Assembly: GCA_032718475.1 (NCBI GenBank) | Contig: JAUCBJ010002447.1 | Coordinates: 1-51,476 of the forward strand | Direction: 5' to 3' | From: Nemertoderma westbladi | Lineage: Eukaryota; Animalia; Xenacoelomorpha | Length of the DNA stretch: 51,476 bases | Part shown: piece after piece, positions 38,418 to 50,369 of the stretch | How positions within the stretch are numbered: the first letter of the stretch is position 1 | Layout: the number at the start of each line of letters is the position of its first letter | The notes under the pieces: model-generated | Database searches by the model: none | Seen by the model: only the letters and a program-made list of their open reading frames with translations | Told to the model about the DNA's origin: nothing | Program-made: the position numbers and the translations under genes

Positions 38418-40586
38418 TGCTTCTGGATTGCGGTGTAAGCAATCCAGTCTAAAGTACCGGTACCGGTTGAACGGTAACCTGTACCACTGTAGGCCTGTAG
38501 GCCCAACTGCCCGAACCGGTACTTACGGTACAGGTACAGCAGTATTATTCGATTTGATTATTATATGCCGGTAGGTCTTAATAATTAATCGGGGACGCCT
38601 GGTTTTTATTGGGATTTTACTTAGGCCTATTTCTGTCAGTTTTATTTATTTGTAGGCCAGTATTGAGCAGAAGGCGTGTAAGCCTGCTCAGATTGTACAG
38701 ATAATTTGTAGGCTTGACTGTTGGCTAGCTGTTAATTAGGTCTGAACGGATTGCAGTGCATGTAGAGTGTATGTCCGATAAAGAACGGTTAAGAAGTAGG
38801 GGCAGCCATCGCTGTAAGGTAAACCCCCATCTAAAGAATAAGTCGTACTACTGGGTTAGAACGCGTACTACTTAACCATTTTGGAGTCTGTATGTCCTGT
38901 GGTTTATTTAGGCTTGATAGTAGTTGGTCAGCGTTTGGTCTGTACTTTGTTTGTGTAGTCTATACGGGTAGCGTATAATTTTATTTAGATAATTTGTAGG
39001 CTGGATAGTTGTCTGGCTGCTGTTGGGTTTGAGGAAATTTCGGTGTGTGTAAAGCATCTGTCCGATAAAGAACGGTTAGGAATTAGGGGCAGCCATCGCT
39101 GTAAGGTAAACCCCCATCTAAAGAATAAGTCGTACTACTGGGTTAGAACGCATACTACTTAACCATTTCGGAGTCTGCATATACCGTAGTTTGTTTAGGC
39201 TTGATAGTAGTCTGTCAGTATTTGGTCTGCATTTTGTTTGAATGGTTTGTACGCGTAGCGTAATATTTATTATTCAGAGTTTATGCGATTATTCGCAACA
39301 TTCATATCCCCAAGTTTGTTCCTACAGTAATTGTGTTTGTTATACATACCGTTATAGTTAAACTAACCCCGGTACTACATCAGGGCTGCTCGGCGTAGGT
39401 AAAGACTGGTGATTTTGTGCACCGGTCACTCCAGCAGATGCCGTGGTTCTTTTAGCTGTTCAAGTATTTTTAACTACTAATTATTTGTTATACAAGTACT
39501 TGTACCTAATTTAGGGTTTAGTGTACAGTGCTTTCCGAAAGCAATTAGTGTGTAGGCAGTGTATTTGTGTTGTAAAGTGGTTGATAGGCACGTACGTTAG
39601 CTCTATTAACTTCTAGGTAGGAACACTCCGTGATACATAACGTAGTACCTATAGCGATACGGTTATAGGTCGTCAGGCGGTGGTATTTTCCTATCTAGAC
39701 AGCGCAGTATATTTACTACTACTTATTATTTTCAAATACCGTAGTAACCTGTCCGTTGTAATAACCAGATATTCTAGCCCTTTGTTAGGCTGGTTAGTAG
39801 ACTTCTTGTAAAATTACCCTAAAAATTTGTATTTGTGTATTTGTAATTAAATTTTTGTGTTTATTTAGAGATTGTAATCTCAACCCGAATTGTACGTAAT
39901 TTGTAGTATTAAGTAACTTAGGTAAATTAGAATTATTTGTTTTAGTGTCTAACAAGTAGCACTCCACTGAGAGCGCACAGCTTATGTGTAGTGACTCCCC
40001 CAGAAATAATAACATTTATTTCAAACATTGACAAAACCCATTAAACGGGTATATATATATTATAAATCAACTCAAACGATTTATAAATAGTAGGCCTGCC
40101 ATATAACAATTAGGTCTCAATATCAGTTGGACTACTGCTTAAATAACGGTAATAAAGTAAGTTAAAGTAACCAAGTAACCTTTAAAATTCAGAAATTCAA
40201 TTATTTAAAATAATTGATATACCGGTATCCACGATAGGCCTATTATATATTTATATTTGTGCTGAAATCATACCGGTATTCTGTAATTAATTTTAGTTAA
40301 TAATTATACTTATATATACTATAAGTGTAAACTGCATACCGGTATCCACTATAGGCCTATTATATATTTATATATATTTGTGCTAAAATTATATACCGGT
40401 TTCTGTGAAAAACCTAGTCTGCAATAATACTTATATATACCATAAGTATACCGGTATTCTAATATTATATATCACGCTACACTGAGTAGCAGTATCGGTA
40501 ATTAATTACTAGGCTAGCAGTTAATACTGAATTACTGGACTTACTTAGACTGTAATATAGCAGTAGGCATTCAACTGTAAACAAAC

Positions 40587-43500
40587 ATGTCTGATACTAA
40601 GCATAGCCTGTCAGACAGTTTATTAGATGTAACTATCTGCGACTCAGATAAAGGTGTAGAACCGTCTACACCTAAGTTCAGTTCACCTCCCACTGTGAGG
40701 AAGGTCATCCCTCCAGTAGTAATAACAGAACCTAGGCTGGTCCAACATCGTAGGTCTATCATAGGCACTCGAGCCCAGGTCAAGCGGGACCAAGAAGCAG
40801 CGGAACAGCAACAACCCGTGAGCCAAGAACTTATTTCTCAGCGGCCCGACAGCTCCAGTAGTGAAGATACTGTAGAACTGACACCCGAGCGCGGAGCAAG
40901 GATGACTGATGCGGTTTATTCGGATCCCCTTCTCATCCTTCCTGCAGCCGTACTTACCAGGTTATTGATCGCGGTGGAAGAACACCAGATCGATTGGGCG
41001 AGAAGTAAGCGCTCAACTAAAGATAGTTATGCGGGATACACAAAGGAAGAACTGAAATCTATGGTCGAGTCGCAATGGAACTTCCCCGGACCCGGACTCC
41101 CGTTTGATTTATCAGAAGCTGCCTGGGAAGACATACACCGGATGGGAGTAGCCAAGGAAACCATCGATCCAGCTGTGTGGAAGAGGTCCGCAGCCGGATA
41201 CGCACAGGGATTCTTCAGCTCTATGGAGCGAGTAGAAAAACAACTGTTACAATAACCTCAAGGACCTCAAGAGCAGGGACAACTGCTTTATCAAGTTAGA
41301 GAAAGAATTCTGCGAATCAGGCTAATATTATCAGCCTTTGAAGAGGCTTCTAAAAGAAGACAAGACACGTCGTTGCAAGTTGCCGTAAAGACTTGGTTTC
41401 AACGGGTGAGTCGCCAGGTTCAAGGAACAGCTCAGTGGAAAGCTCAGCTGGAGGAGCGCTCAACCAATGGAGAATCAACAGACGCTACTTTTTCCCAAGT
41501 GGAAAGTGAAGCGACGGCAGAGAAACCGCATAAGAGGGATGCCATTGACATCTATCTGTCAGACTATCAGCGTTTTTTGGGAGATGAAGAGTTGAGGAGA
41601 AGGCTAGATGGACTTAGCCCTAATAGTGAAGGAGCCCAGCGTGTGTTGGATGCAATTGATGTGGATAGGTTAGCGGCGAACCAAGCTAAATTCGATGAAC
41701 AACTCCGCATCGCTAGAGACCAAGAAGAACAAGTAAGGAAAAAACGTATAGAAGACAGAAAGATAGCAGCAGTGGCAGAGGCAGAAAGAAAAGCGACCTT
41801 GGCAGGAGCAGCGGCAGAGGCAAAAGCGGCAGCAGCAGAAGCAGCGGCAGAGGCAAAAGCGGCAGCAGCAGAAGCAGCGGCAGAGGCAAAAGCGGCAGCG
41901 GCAGAGGCAAAAGCGGCAGCGGTGGCGGAAGCAGAACGGAGAGCGGCTGAAGAGATCGCCCAACTGGAGTTGGAAAATCTTCAAGAGAAGCAAGACGACT
42001 TCAGTAAACAGTTAACAGCTAGTAATATGCAGATGATGAATCGATCTACTCCCAAAAGACAGGGTTATACATCATCTGAGGAAGGCGATACCACCGATAC
42101 TGAAGGCAAAGGAAATCGATCTCGCCTAAGCAGACGTAAAAGAACATCCCACCGTCAAAAATTGCCTGATTTGCCTCCAGCTGTTAGAAGGCAACTAAAT
42201 AACACCAACTTAGGTAGTACAGAACCCACAGACCAAATAATTACAATAGAGAGACTCCCTACTATAGTAGATGAGCCCGAAATAGTTAGGTCTGTTCCCG
42301 AAGCCACCCTTTCGGTCGTAGAGACACCTGTACTCCCTGAACCTACCTCTCAATTCCCTTTGCACAGCACTAAGCTACCTGTGCCCAGCAGAACAGTCCG
42401 TGAGACAGTTCATACCCTGGACTCCGAGCGAAATATTCATGATTTGTCGCCCGTTGTCCCTCGTCCGCCCGCTACAACGTTGGCGAATCCCGCTTCGGCG
42501 GTCGAATGGGTGGATGAGAGACGACGGGGGATGGATCTCCTGCTCGGACAGATGCAGGAGACTGTTCAACAATTCAAAGGCACAGTAAGGGAAAGTAGGC
42601 TAGAGTTGCAAGAAGTGCAGCAAAGTATCGCGCTAGAACGCGATAAATTAGTAAATACACAAAGGGGTATACCACCACCCCCTGTAACAATGTGTCAACC
42701 TGTTAGGTCTGAAGTATCTCATGCGCAAGGTGTGGAGCCTACACGCATCTATACTGCTAGCGAAGTAGAAACTCCTATAGTGAACCCTATTAAGGGTAAT
42801 TATAGACCTGTTGATAATGATATTCCCTATAGACCGGATCATAATCCGAGAAATTTATATACCGATAACTCGATATTAAATAACACGATGGCCCAAGAAA
42901 GTTTTACGCGTCAAATGGCTAGAACCGAAGCCCGGCAAGCGGTAAAGGTGGGAGAGATCGTCAAGTTCAATGGAGATGAGATGAAATGGTTACCTTTTAA
43001 TGAATATTACAAAGATAACATACAGAACTCTGTGCTATCTAATGGAGAGAAACTTAGATTCCTCATCGAGTGCTTGGAAGGATCTCCCAAGTTAATGGCG
43101 TTAAAGTTTATTGGACATCCAGACGGATTAAGACAAGTTTGGGATACACTAAACATCAGGTATGGTAATAGGAATAACATAGCTGGGTATTTGTATGCAA
43201 AGTTGGTAGCGCCCCGAAAGTTTATTAGCAGCGGAATTATAGAGTTTTCCGATGAGATTCAGGAGATCTGCAGACAATTAGATTGGCTAGGTAAGTCTCA
43301 TGAGTATCAGAATACTATGGTTATTAGAGCAGTGGCTTCTACTTTACCGAAGGGTGGAGTAGGTACACGCTGGGATAAGAAAGTGTTATATATGATGGAA
43401 CAACAACGACGAGACCCTACCATGGCTGATCTCATGTCATTCCTAGATGGAGAAGTGAAATTACAGCTCCTGAAACTGTCCAGAGAGAAGACACCGGAAA

Positions 43501-45544
43501 ACAAGGTAAGTGAAAAACCCGTTTCTAGGAGAAGGGTAACACCAGTGTGTTATACCGACGACGGCGAAAGCCAGACTTCTCAAGGAGAGGATAGCGGGAA
43601 AGACACTGAAAGATCTTATTATGTCAATAAAACGCCTAAAGACCAGGTAAGTAAATTCAAGTCTCGAACCAATGACAGGAGAGAACAGGTAAGAAAAACC
43701 CTCCTACGTCTCCCAAGAGAATTCAGGTGAGAAAGCCCGAGGAAAGAACGAACGTGCACCACACAGCACATGTTAAAGTAAGTAACATCAAACCCAAATG
43801 TGTGCTGTGCGACGGGCCCCACCGCTTGAATATGTGCGATGAATTCTTAAAGAAATCATTAAAAGAGAGACGGGAAGTCATGTGGGATAAGCGGTTGTGT
43901 TATAATTGCCTCAGACGAGGACACCAACGGCGAACCTGTTACTCCGACGCAAGGTGTGCAAAGTGCGGTGCAAAACATCATATCTTGTTGCACACTGAAT
44001 TCGAACGAAGCAGCCCTAGTCAGGTAAGTGAGTCCGAACAACTACATGTCCAATTCAGTGATGTGAACGACACCGACCAAAGTTCTGAGATGGAAGGATT
44101 CTATACGGACGAATTCTCCGACCAAAACGAATCCTGTTACTTAATAAACACCACCGCAGTGTATCGAGCACTCATGTATGAGAAAGACACAGACAGCGAC
44201 CTCACCCTAACTACTTCAGATCAACAACAATCTTGGAAAGCGCCAACTTCAAATGTAGGAATCTGAGAATTTCCTGTAGTCCAGTTACGGGTCCACGGAC
44301 CTCAGAAGAGCTATATAGTGAACGCCCTCCTGGACTCCGGCAGCACAGGAACATTCATCGATAAAGAACTAGCCGAAGACATCTTTGCTGGACAACCCAA
44401 GTTCCGAACCAAGCTAAACATGTCAGGGATCATGCAGGTTTGGAAATCTGCTGTGGCTGCCGACTATTATATAGGTGAGTTGTCCACTCCACAGGATAAA
44501 CTAGGAGAACACAGTATAAGGTCAGTCAAAATGGTGGCAATAAAGAACTTCGCTACCACCCAAGTGGAACCTTATAATTGGGACGAAGATGATCATGCCC
44601 AACAACTTAACATTCCTAGATTCGACACCGATTATCCTGGAGTACAAATATTAATCGGTCAAAATGCGCATGAGGCGCTGGAGACATTGGAGAAACGACC
44701 TACTCAACCGCAACCACTTCAGACCTATGCGGTAAGAACTAGAGTAGGTTGGTACCTTACTGGACCTTCCCGAAGAACGCTCAGAGAAAGACTGCTTCAA
44801 GATCGCGTCTGCCAGGTGAGTGAATGGGAAGATGATACTAGTGAGGGAGACGACCCAACTGAGGGAACACCATACTCCTCAGATAATGACGATATTAGCT
44901 CCAATGTAGATCAATGGAGATATTGCCCCAAGAAGTTTAATCCAACTGACATCGCTTCCAGAGGAGCAACTCCTCAAGAACTGACAGATACTACAGACCG
45001 GTTAGGTGAACCCGACTTCCTGAGTAAGGAGGATGAATGGCCTCCCCATCTTACTCCGACTGAGATTAGACCAGCCAAGGGAGCAGAGAAAGTCAAACCT
45101 AAAACCCGGACGGGTGGATCGGAGTTATTTGAACCCGGGATAGATCTGTCGGTATTACATATTGCCAGGGACGACGCCGTGGATCTGGACCTCCCCACCG
45201 CGAGTGGATCCTTCATGAAGATCAGAGAGAGCGATTGGAGCTCTGGAACATCAGACGTCTCGCAGGGACTCTCACCTCTCCTACAGGGAGCAACGGACCA
45301 CTATAGCTCCTGGAATCGGCTTTGTAAGGCCGTCGTGTACCTAGAGCGATGTTTCTATCGTCACTATTCCAGGACGAAGAGGAAACCTGGAATTGTATTC
45401 GGGATGCAGCGACTCAATCACCCAGTCGGTCGTTTGTGTTTACCGGAAGGGAATGGAGGACTCTCCGGAAACTGTGGAAGGCAAGATTCTCTTCCCACGA
45501 CCACCTCCCTAATCCTTCAAACATCTAGGGACTCCATAACGTAA
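40587..45544 (+). pseudogene. gag-pro: BEL Gag-protease polyprotein of copy 2 (~1650 codons if repaired); TAA at 41253, 1-bp deletion near 43701, TGA at 44264
   Basis: ORFs 40587-41255 and 41373-43730 share a frame, as do 43727-44266 and 44318-45544. Same motifs and same RT deletion as copy 1. Confidence 0.9.
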
Positions 45545-46333
45545 CAACATATGGAGTGGGTGTGTGACTCTATTATTTCATATTATTTTATTATTTTTAT
45601 ATTTCTGTATGTATTACTATGTAATTTTATTATAATCGTTTTATTTAATTTAGTAGAATGTTATTTTAGTGATCATTTAGTAGATTAGTGCAATATATTA
45701 GTGTTTATTACGTACGTAATTACTTATAATATATATTTAGTGCGACGGCGAGAAATAATTATTTTTCTCTTTCCTTACTGCCTGCCCGTATTACATTATC
45801 AATACGTGACTACAGTAAGATGAAATATCCGTACTTATTAAAGTACAATAAAGCCACTACTATATTTAAGTATTATTGGTAGGCAGAGTATTAGGAATGC
45901 AAAGTTCAGATCCTCGTGTCTCGGCTAAACCAAGCTCTGGGTAGACCTTGGAAACGACTTGCCTCTTCACACTGACATTGCTTCGTGCGATATTGCTCTC
46001 ATACCGTATATTAAATAATACATATAGTAGCGTGATGTCCCTTTAACAGTAGCGTATAACGCAAAATAAATCTGTTAAACCCTTTGACCATCTGTAATTC
46101 GAGTCGATTAAGATATCGCGGCACCCACCGATATACTTGAAAGACAAAATTCTAGAATCAATGGTTAACGTCCCCAGACAAGTTCTGGAATAAACTGGTG
46201 CCCATCCTAAATATTAATTATTAATATTTACAAAATCTGTCAAATATCAGATCCTTTAAAATTCTAGTCGATTAAGATATCGTAGCACTTACCGATACTC
46301 TTAAAAGGACAAAATTCCTAGAATCAAGGATCC

Positions 46334-46514
46334 TATAATATATTGATCCCGAATCAGATATGATACATTGAACATATATAACAGTATTAACAGCGGTATA
46401 ATATAATCACGGATTCTCTCCTACCGGTACAGATACATACCTATACTGTCCTCCAGATCTACCGGTACCGTCCTAAGCCTGACAGCCTGACTACTCGCTC
46501 CTCAATACACTACA
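46334..46514 (-). repeat. 3' LTR of the Gypsy element (181 bp, TG...TA)
   Basis: Minus strand reads TGTAGTGTATTGA...TCAATATATTATA; repeated at 51308-51476. Confidence 0.9.
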
Positions 46515-46524
46515 TCTCTCCCCT
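46515..46524 (-). other. Polypurine tract of the Gypsy element
   Basis: AGGGGAGAGA directly before the TGT of the 3' LTR on the minus strand. Confidence 0.88.
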
Positions 46525-46850
46525 ACGTAAAAAGAGCATAAGACCGATATTCAATTCATATTTTCCTACCTATGATTGATTAGTAATAGACCGATTGAAT
46601 GGAATCACAATAGAGAACCTAAAGTAAGCTTGAGCATTATCTATTCATACGGTACAACTATGGTATAACCAAAAAAACAATATGACGAAAAAACATACGA
46701 AAAGTACATAAGTTAATACAGTGTTTCATAATATAAGGCACGTTGTCCACATAGCTTGGATAAAATGATTGGATTAATGTTTCTAAATTGTTCACCCAAT
46801 TCTCTCCTTTCAAGCAGACACGCTGTTACAACTACCCCAATTTATTTATT

Positions 46851-49800
46851 TTACGGCCATGGCTGTGGTCGAATAGTAGATCGATTGCGGAGCATGTAAG
46901 GATCCCGCAGACCCAAGGGATTCGGTAGATTATGTGGGACATTATCATCGCGCCGGTCCTCATTATTATTCCCATTCAATTCAACCTCATAATCATCAAT
47001 ATTTGGGTCATAAAGAGCTGCTGGTGCATGTGGGATGTGAGCAGATCGTGAGATCGGTTTGATATGTTGTATATTACGAGTGATATATCTCCCATCGGAA
47101 GTGCGCCTTCCAGAAACACGTGATCCTTTCACTGCTGTGACAATGTAAGGTGTCGGTTCATAGTGCGATGTAAACTTGTTGAATCTTCGTTGCCGGATTA
47201 ATATGTAATTTCCAGGTTCAACAGAAGTTTCTCGAATATTTAGTCGTTTCTCTGCATATGATTTCATGTTTTCTTTCGCTTTACAGTCAGAAGATAATAG
47301 ATCCTGATTTACTGGAGGGTTTATGTGAACTGGGAGTCGGTGCCGTGCCGTGTATGATTTAACGATGTCATTCGGTGCTACACCAGTTGAAGTGTGAGGC
47401 GTATTCCGATACGAATCAAGAAGGTTATAACATTCCTCTTTCCAATCTTTTCCTTCGATTCGTGCTGATTGGATGGTTTTTTTCAGAGTACGATTGAAGC
47501 GTTCTACTTCCCCGTTTGCTTCTGGGTGTTCTGGTGTTATGCGTTGATGTTTGAAACCCTGTTCCTGGGCCAACCTTTTGAAGTTTTGTGAGTTGTAAGG
47601 GGGGCCATTATCGGTTTTAACAACCTCTGGGTGGCCATGTGCAGCGAACATTTTCTTAAGTTTCCCAGCTGTTTCCTTGAATGATGTTCCTGTAAATTCA
47701 ATGTCAGGGTATCGGCTGTATTCATCTATCATTACGAGGGCCGTGTCGCCTGTGGGAAAAGGCCCGCAGTGGTCCACAGCAACCTTTTGGAATGGGTAAC
47801 TTGGCAATGGAGTCATTTGCAGAGGGGCCCTATGATGACTCACCACAACTGATTGACATGCAAGGCAGTTTGCGACCAATGATTCGACTTGTCTATCCAT
47901 GCCAGGGAACCAACAAAATCTGCGTAAGAGTGATTTCGTTTTAACAACCCCTTGGTGTGCACTGTGACCAACATTAAGAACTCTCTGTTCAAGTTGGGGC
48001 GGTATTACTATTCGATTCCCCCTCATTACGATATTATCAATTAGAGACAATTCATCTCGGATCATATAAAATGGCTTAAACTTGGCTTGGGTCTCATTGT
48101 TCCATTTGCCAGATATAATGGCTTGTTTTAATTCGCAAAAAGCAGTTTCTGATGCAGTTTTTACCTCCTCGACTGTCACAGCACTATCTAGGGACTCCCC
48201 AACCATGTGTCTTATAGATTTGGCAATGATGTCATCATCAGCTGTCTCAGGTGCGAAATTCTCGTTAGATTGGATATTGTTATGCCTTGAGAGATAGTCA
48301 CTTATGTTACTAGATCCACGGCGGTATTTAATTATGTAGTCGAACTCTTGGAGATACATGATCCATCTCTCTATTCTTAGAGGAAGACTCTTTAGAGGGT
48401 GTTTCTTGGATAACATTATCTCGAGAGGTTTGTGATCGGTTATAATGGTATATGGGTTACCCAATAGAAATAGTCGAAACCGGTCTGATCCCCACCTTAC
48501 AGCTAAACATTCTCCCTCAGTTTGACTATATCTAGATTCTGGGCCTGTGGTAGATCTACTGGCATACATTTTTGGAATCCATTCACCAGTTTTGTTGTCG
48601 AGTTGAACCAAAATGGCACCGATTCCAGTTTTGTGAAAGTCCACATGAAGCTCCGTTTGAGATTGTGGGTCAAAATGGCCCAAAAGACAATGTTCTGATA
48701 AGCAATGGCGAATCGCTTCAAAACATTCCATTAGATCATTGTTCCAGATGAAGGGCACGTCATCTTTGGTCAATTCTCTCAGTGGAGCAGTGAGGATGGC
48801 GAAATTTGGAATAAACATACGGGATGCTCCTACCATGGCTAAGAGAGATCTCACATCTTCTTTGCATGTGGGTGGTCGCATATCCTTTATGGCTTGTACT
48901 TTACTGGGATCAGGTGATATGCCGTCCTTGCTCAAGATAATCCCAAAGAACTTGGTTTTAGAGACTCTGAATTCGCATTTCTCCCGTTTCAGTGTAAGCC
49001 CAGCGCTTAGTAACGCTTCCAATACTAGCTGCAGAGCTATATCGTGATCGTGGGCGGTTTTCCCAAAGACAATTATGTCGTCGGAGATATTCCTCGCCCC
49101 TGTAATTCCAGAGATAGTTCGCCTTATCACCCGATCGAACTCATCCTGGGCAGATATTATACCAAATGGGAGGCGTTTATATCTCATGTTTCCGAGGTGT
49201 GTATAAAAGGTAGTGATAGGTCTACTTTCTGCAGACAGTTCTAGTTGATGGTATCCATTATTGAGGTCTAGATGACTGAAAACTGTGCTGCCTGTAACAG
49301 CAAACAGTATATCATCGAGTGTGGGCAGATCATTCTTGTTACGGTATATAGCTGTATTAGCCGCTCGACAGTCCAGACAAAATCTCAGGGCATTTGGGTC
49401 TGAATCCTTCGGTTTGGGAGCACATACAATATTGGATACCCATGTCGTTGGGATGTTAGTTGGGGCGTGTTCGATGATGTCCTCTTTTAGCAGTTTGTCC
49501 AAATGTTGCTCTAGGCGTTCCTGGTAACAGAATGGGATCTTCCGTGGAGTTTGGGTAATGGGTTTGACCGTCGTGTCTATCATTAATTCAACTTGACCAT
49601 GAAGATACTTGCCAATGGTGGATCTGAATATTTCATTACAATGTACAATGTTCATTGGTAACATATTCTTATCAGCATTGTTAGTTGATTTCTCTGCATC
49701 TATTTTCTTAAACACTAATTCATTGGCAATATCATTGAAATTGTAAAAGTTTCCAAAAGAGTCAGGGCTGTTACTAAAACAATGATTCTTCCTGGCAACA

Positions 49801-50369
49801 GCCAGAATACCCAAGTTAAGTGCAGTTTTTCCCGAAATTAGCGGTTTTGAAGAACTTTTACCAGATACAACCATTATACGGTCTTGTATAGATGCATTTT
49901 TGGTTGATATTTCCGCCATAAACCAACCTTCTATAGGAATTTTATGATTACAATAAGTAAATGCTGGTCGTAAGGGAGGATGCAATCGTGGGGCGTTGGG
50001 CCAGAGATTATTAAACGTGAATGCATCCATCATCGTTACAGAGCAGCATGAGTCTATTTCAACCCATATCAGAGTTCCATTAATTTTCAGTTGTAAGCTA
50101 ACATCCTCGAAGGGGTCGCCACTAACTTTGTGGCACCATTCACCGAAATAATCTGGATCCTCGTCTGGAAACTGGGGGTCCTCTTTGTAGGAATCATCAA
50201 CACAGGAGCAGTAATGATCACCGGTACTGGTACCAGTTTCATCAAAAACCTGTTCTTCCAGATCTTCTCCATCTATTCTTTTGCTGTAGTGTGGCCCACC
50301 CATGGGTCTGTTCATATGAAACTGCTGGCGATAATTAGATCTGCCTCCTCTAGCTTGAAAGGGACCCAT
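46851..50369 (-). CDS. pol: Gypsy Pol: protease, reverse transcriptase, RNase H, integrase (1172 aa)
   Basis: EIDSC (protease site); LDLNNGYHQ, YKRLPFG, NISDD (RT); TDHKPL, DYLSR (RNase H); HSAH..CLAC, VDHCGP, TDNGP, NGEVERFN (integrase). Confidence 0.95.
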   Translation of the reverse strand: MGPFQARGGRSNYRQQFHMNRPMGGPHYSKRIDGEDLEEQVFDETGTSTGDHYCSCVDDSYKEDPQFPDEDPDYFGEWCHKVSGDPFEDVSLQLKINGTLIWVEIDSCCSVTMMDAFTFNNLWPNAPRLHPPLRPAFTYCNHKIPIEGWFMAEISTKNASIQDRIMVVSGKSSSKPLISGKTALNLGILAVARKNHCFSNSPDSFGNFYNFNDIANELVFKKIDAEKSTNNADKNMLPMNIVHCNEIFRSTIGKYLHGQVELMIDTTVKPITQTPRKIPFCYQERLEQHLDKLLKEDIIEHAPTNIPTTWVSNIVCAPKPKDSDPNALRFCLDCRAANTAIYRNKNDLPTLDDILFAVTGSTVFSHLDLNNGYHQLELSAESRPITTFYTHLGNMRYKRLPFGIISAQDEFDRVIRRTISGITGARNISDDIIVFGKTAHDHDIALQLVLEALLSAGLTLKREKCEFRVSKTKFFGIILSKDGISPDPSKVQAIKDMRPPTCKEDVRSLLAMVGASRMFIPNFAILTAPLRELTKDDVPFIWNNDLMECFEAIRHCLSEHCLLGHFDPQSQTELHVDFHKTGIGAILVQLDNKTGEWIPKMYASRSTTGPESRYSQTEGECLAVRWGSDRFRLFLLGNPYTIITDHKPLEIMLSKKHPLKSLPLRIERWIMYLQEFDYIIKYRRGSSNISDYLSRHNNIQSNENFAPETADDDIIAKSIRHMVGESLDSAVTVEEVKTASETAFCELKQAIISGKWNNETQAKFKPFYMIRDELSLIDNIVMRGNRIVIPPQLEQRVLNVGHSAHQGVVKTKSLLRRFCWFPGMDRQVESLVANCLACQSVVVSHHRAPLQMTPLPSYPFQKVAVDHCGPFPTGDTALVMIDEYSRYPDIEFTGTSFKETAGKLKKMFAAHGHPEVVKTDNGPPYNSQNFKRLAQEQGFKHQRITPEHPEANGEVERFNRTLKKTIQSARIEGKDWKEECYNLLDSYRNTPHTSTGVAPNDIVKSYTARHRLPVHINPPVNQDLLSSDCKAKENMKSYAEKRLNIRETSVEPGNYILIRQRRFNKFTSHYEPTPYIVTAVKGSRVSGRRTSDGRYITRNIQHIKPISRSAHIPHAPAALYDPNIDDYEVELNGNNNEDRRDDNVPHNLPNPLGLRDPYMLRNRSTIRPQPWP

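Larger units (their letters stand above)
37219..46333 (+). mobile_element. BEL/Pao LTR retrotransposon copy 2 (diverged subfamily), interrupted by a Gypsy insertion; 3' part expected beyond the window
   Basis: Collinear with 24029-~32381 over LTR, leader, ORF and 3' region. Homology breaks after GAATCAAGGATCC at 46333. Confidence 0.93.

Noticed and set aside
40629-41499. The 867-bp block missing from copy 1 being a spliced-out intron (GTAACT...TTTTTCCCAAG)
   Set aside because: Copy 1 retains the codons matching GTA ACT, and the GT-AG join would be out of frame, so the breakpoints do not fit.
46801-46842. Alternative Gypsy 3' LTR start near 46830
   Set aside because: The site at 46514 has a pure PPT and a matching terminal inverted repeat; 46830 has neither.
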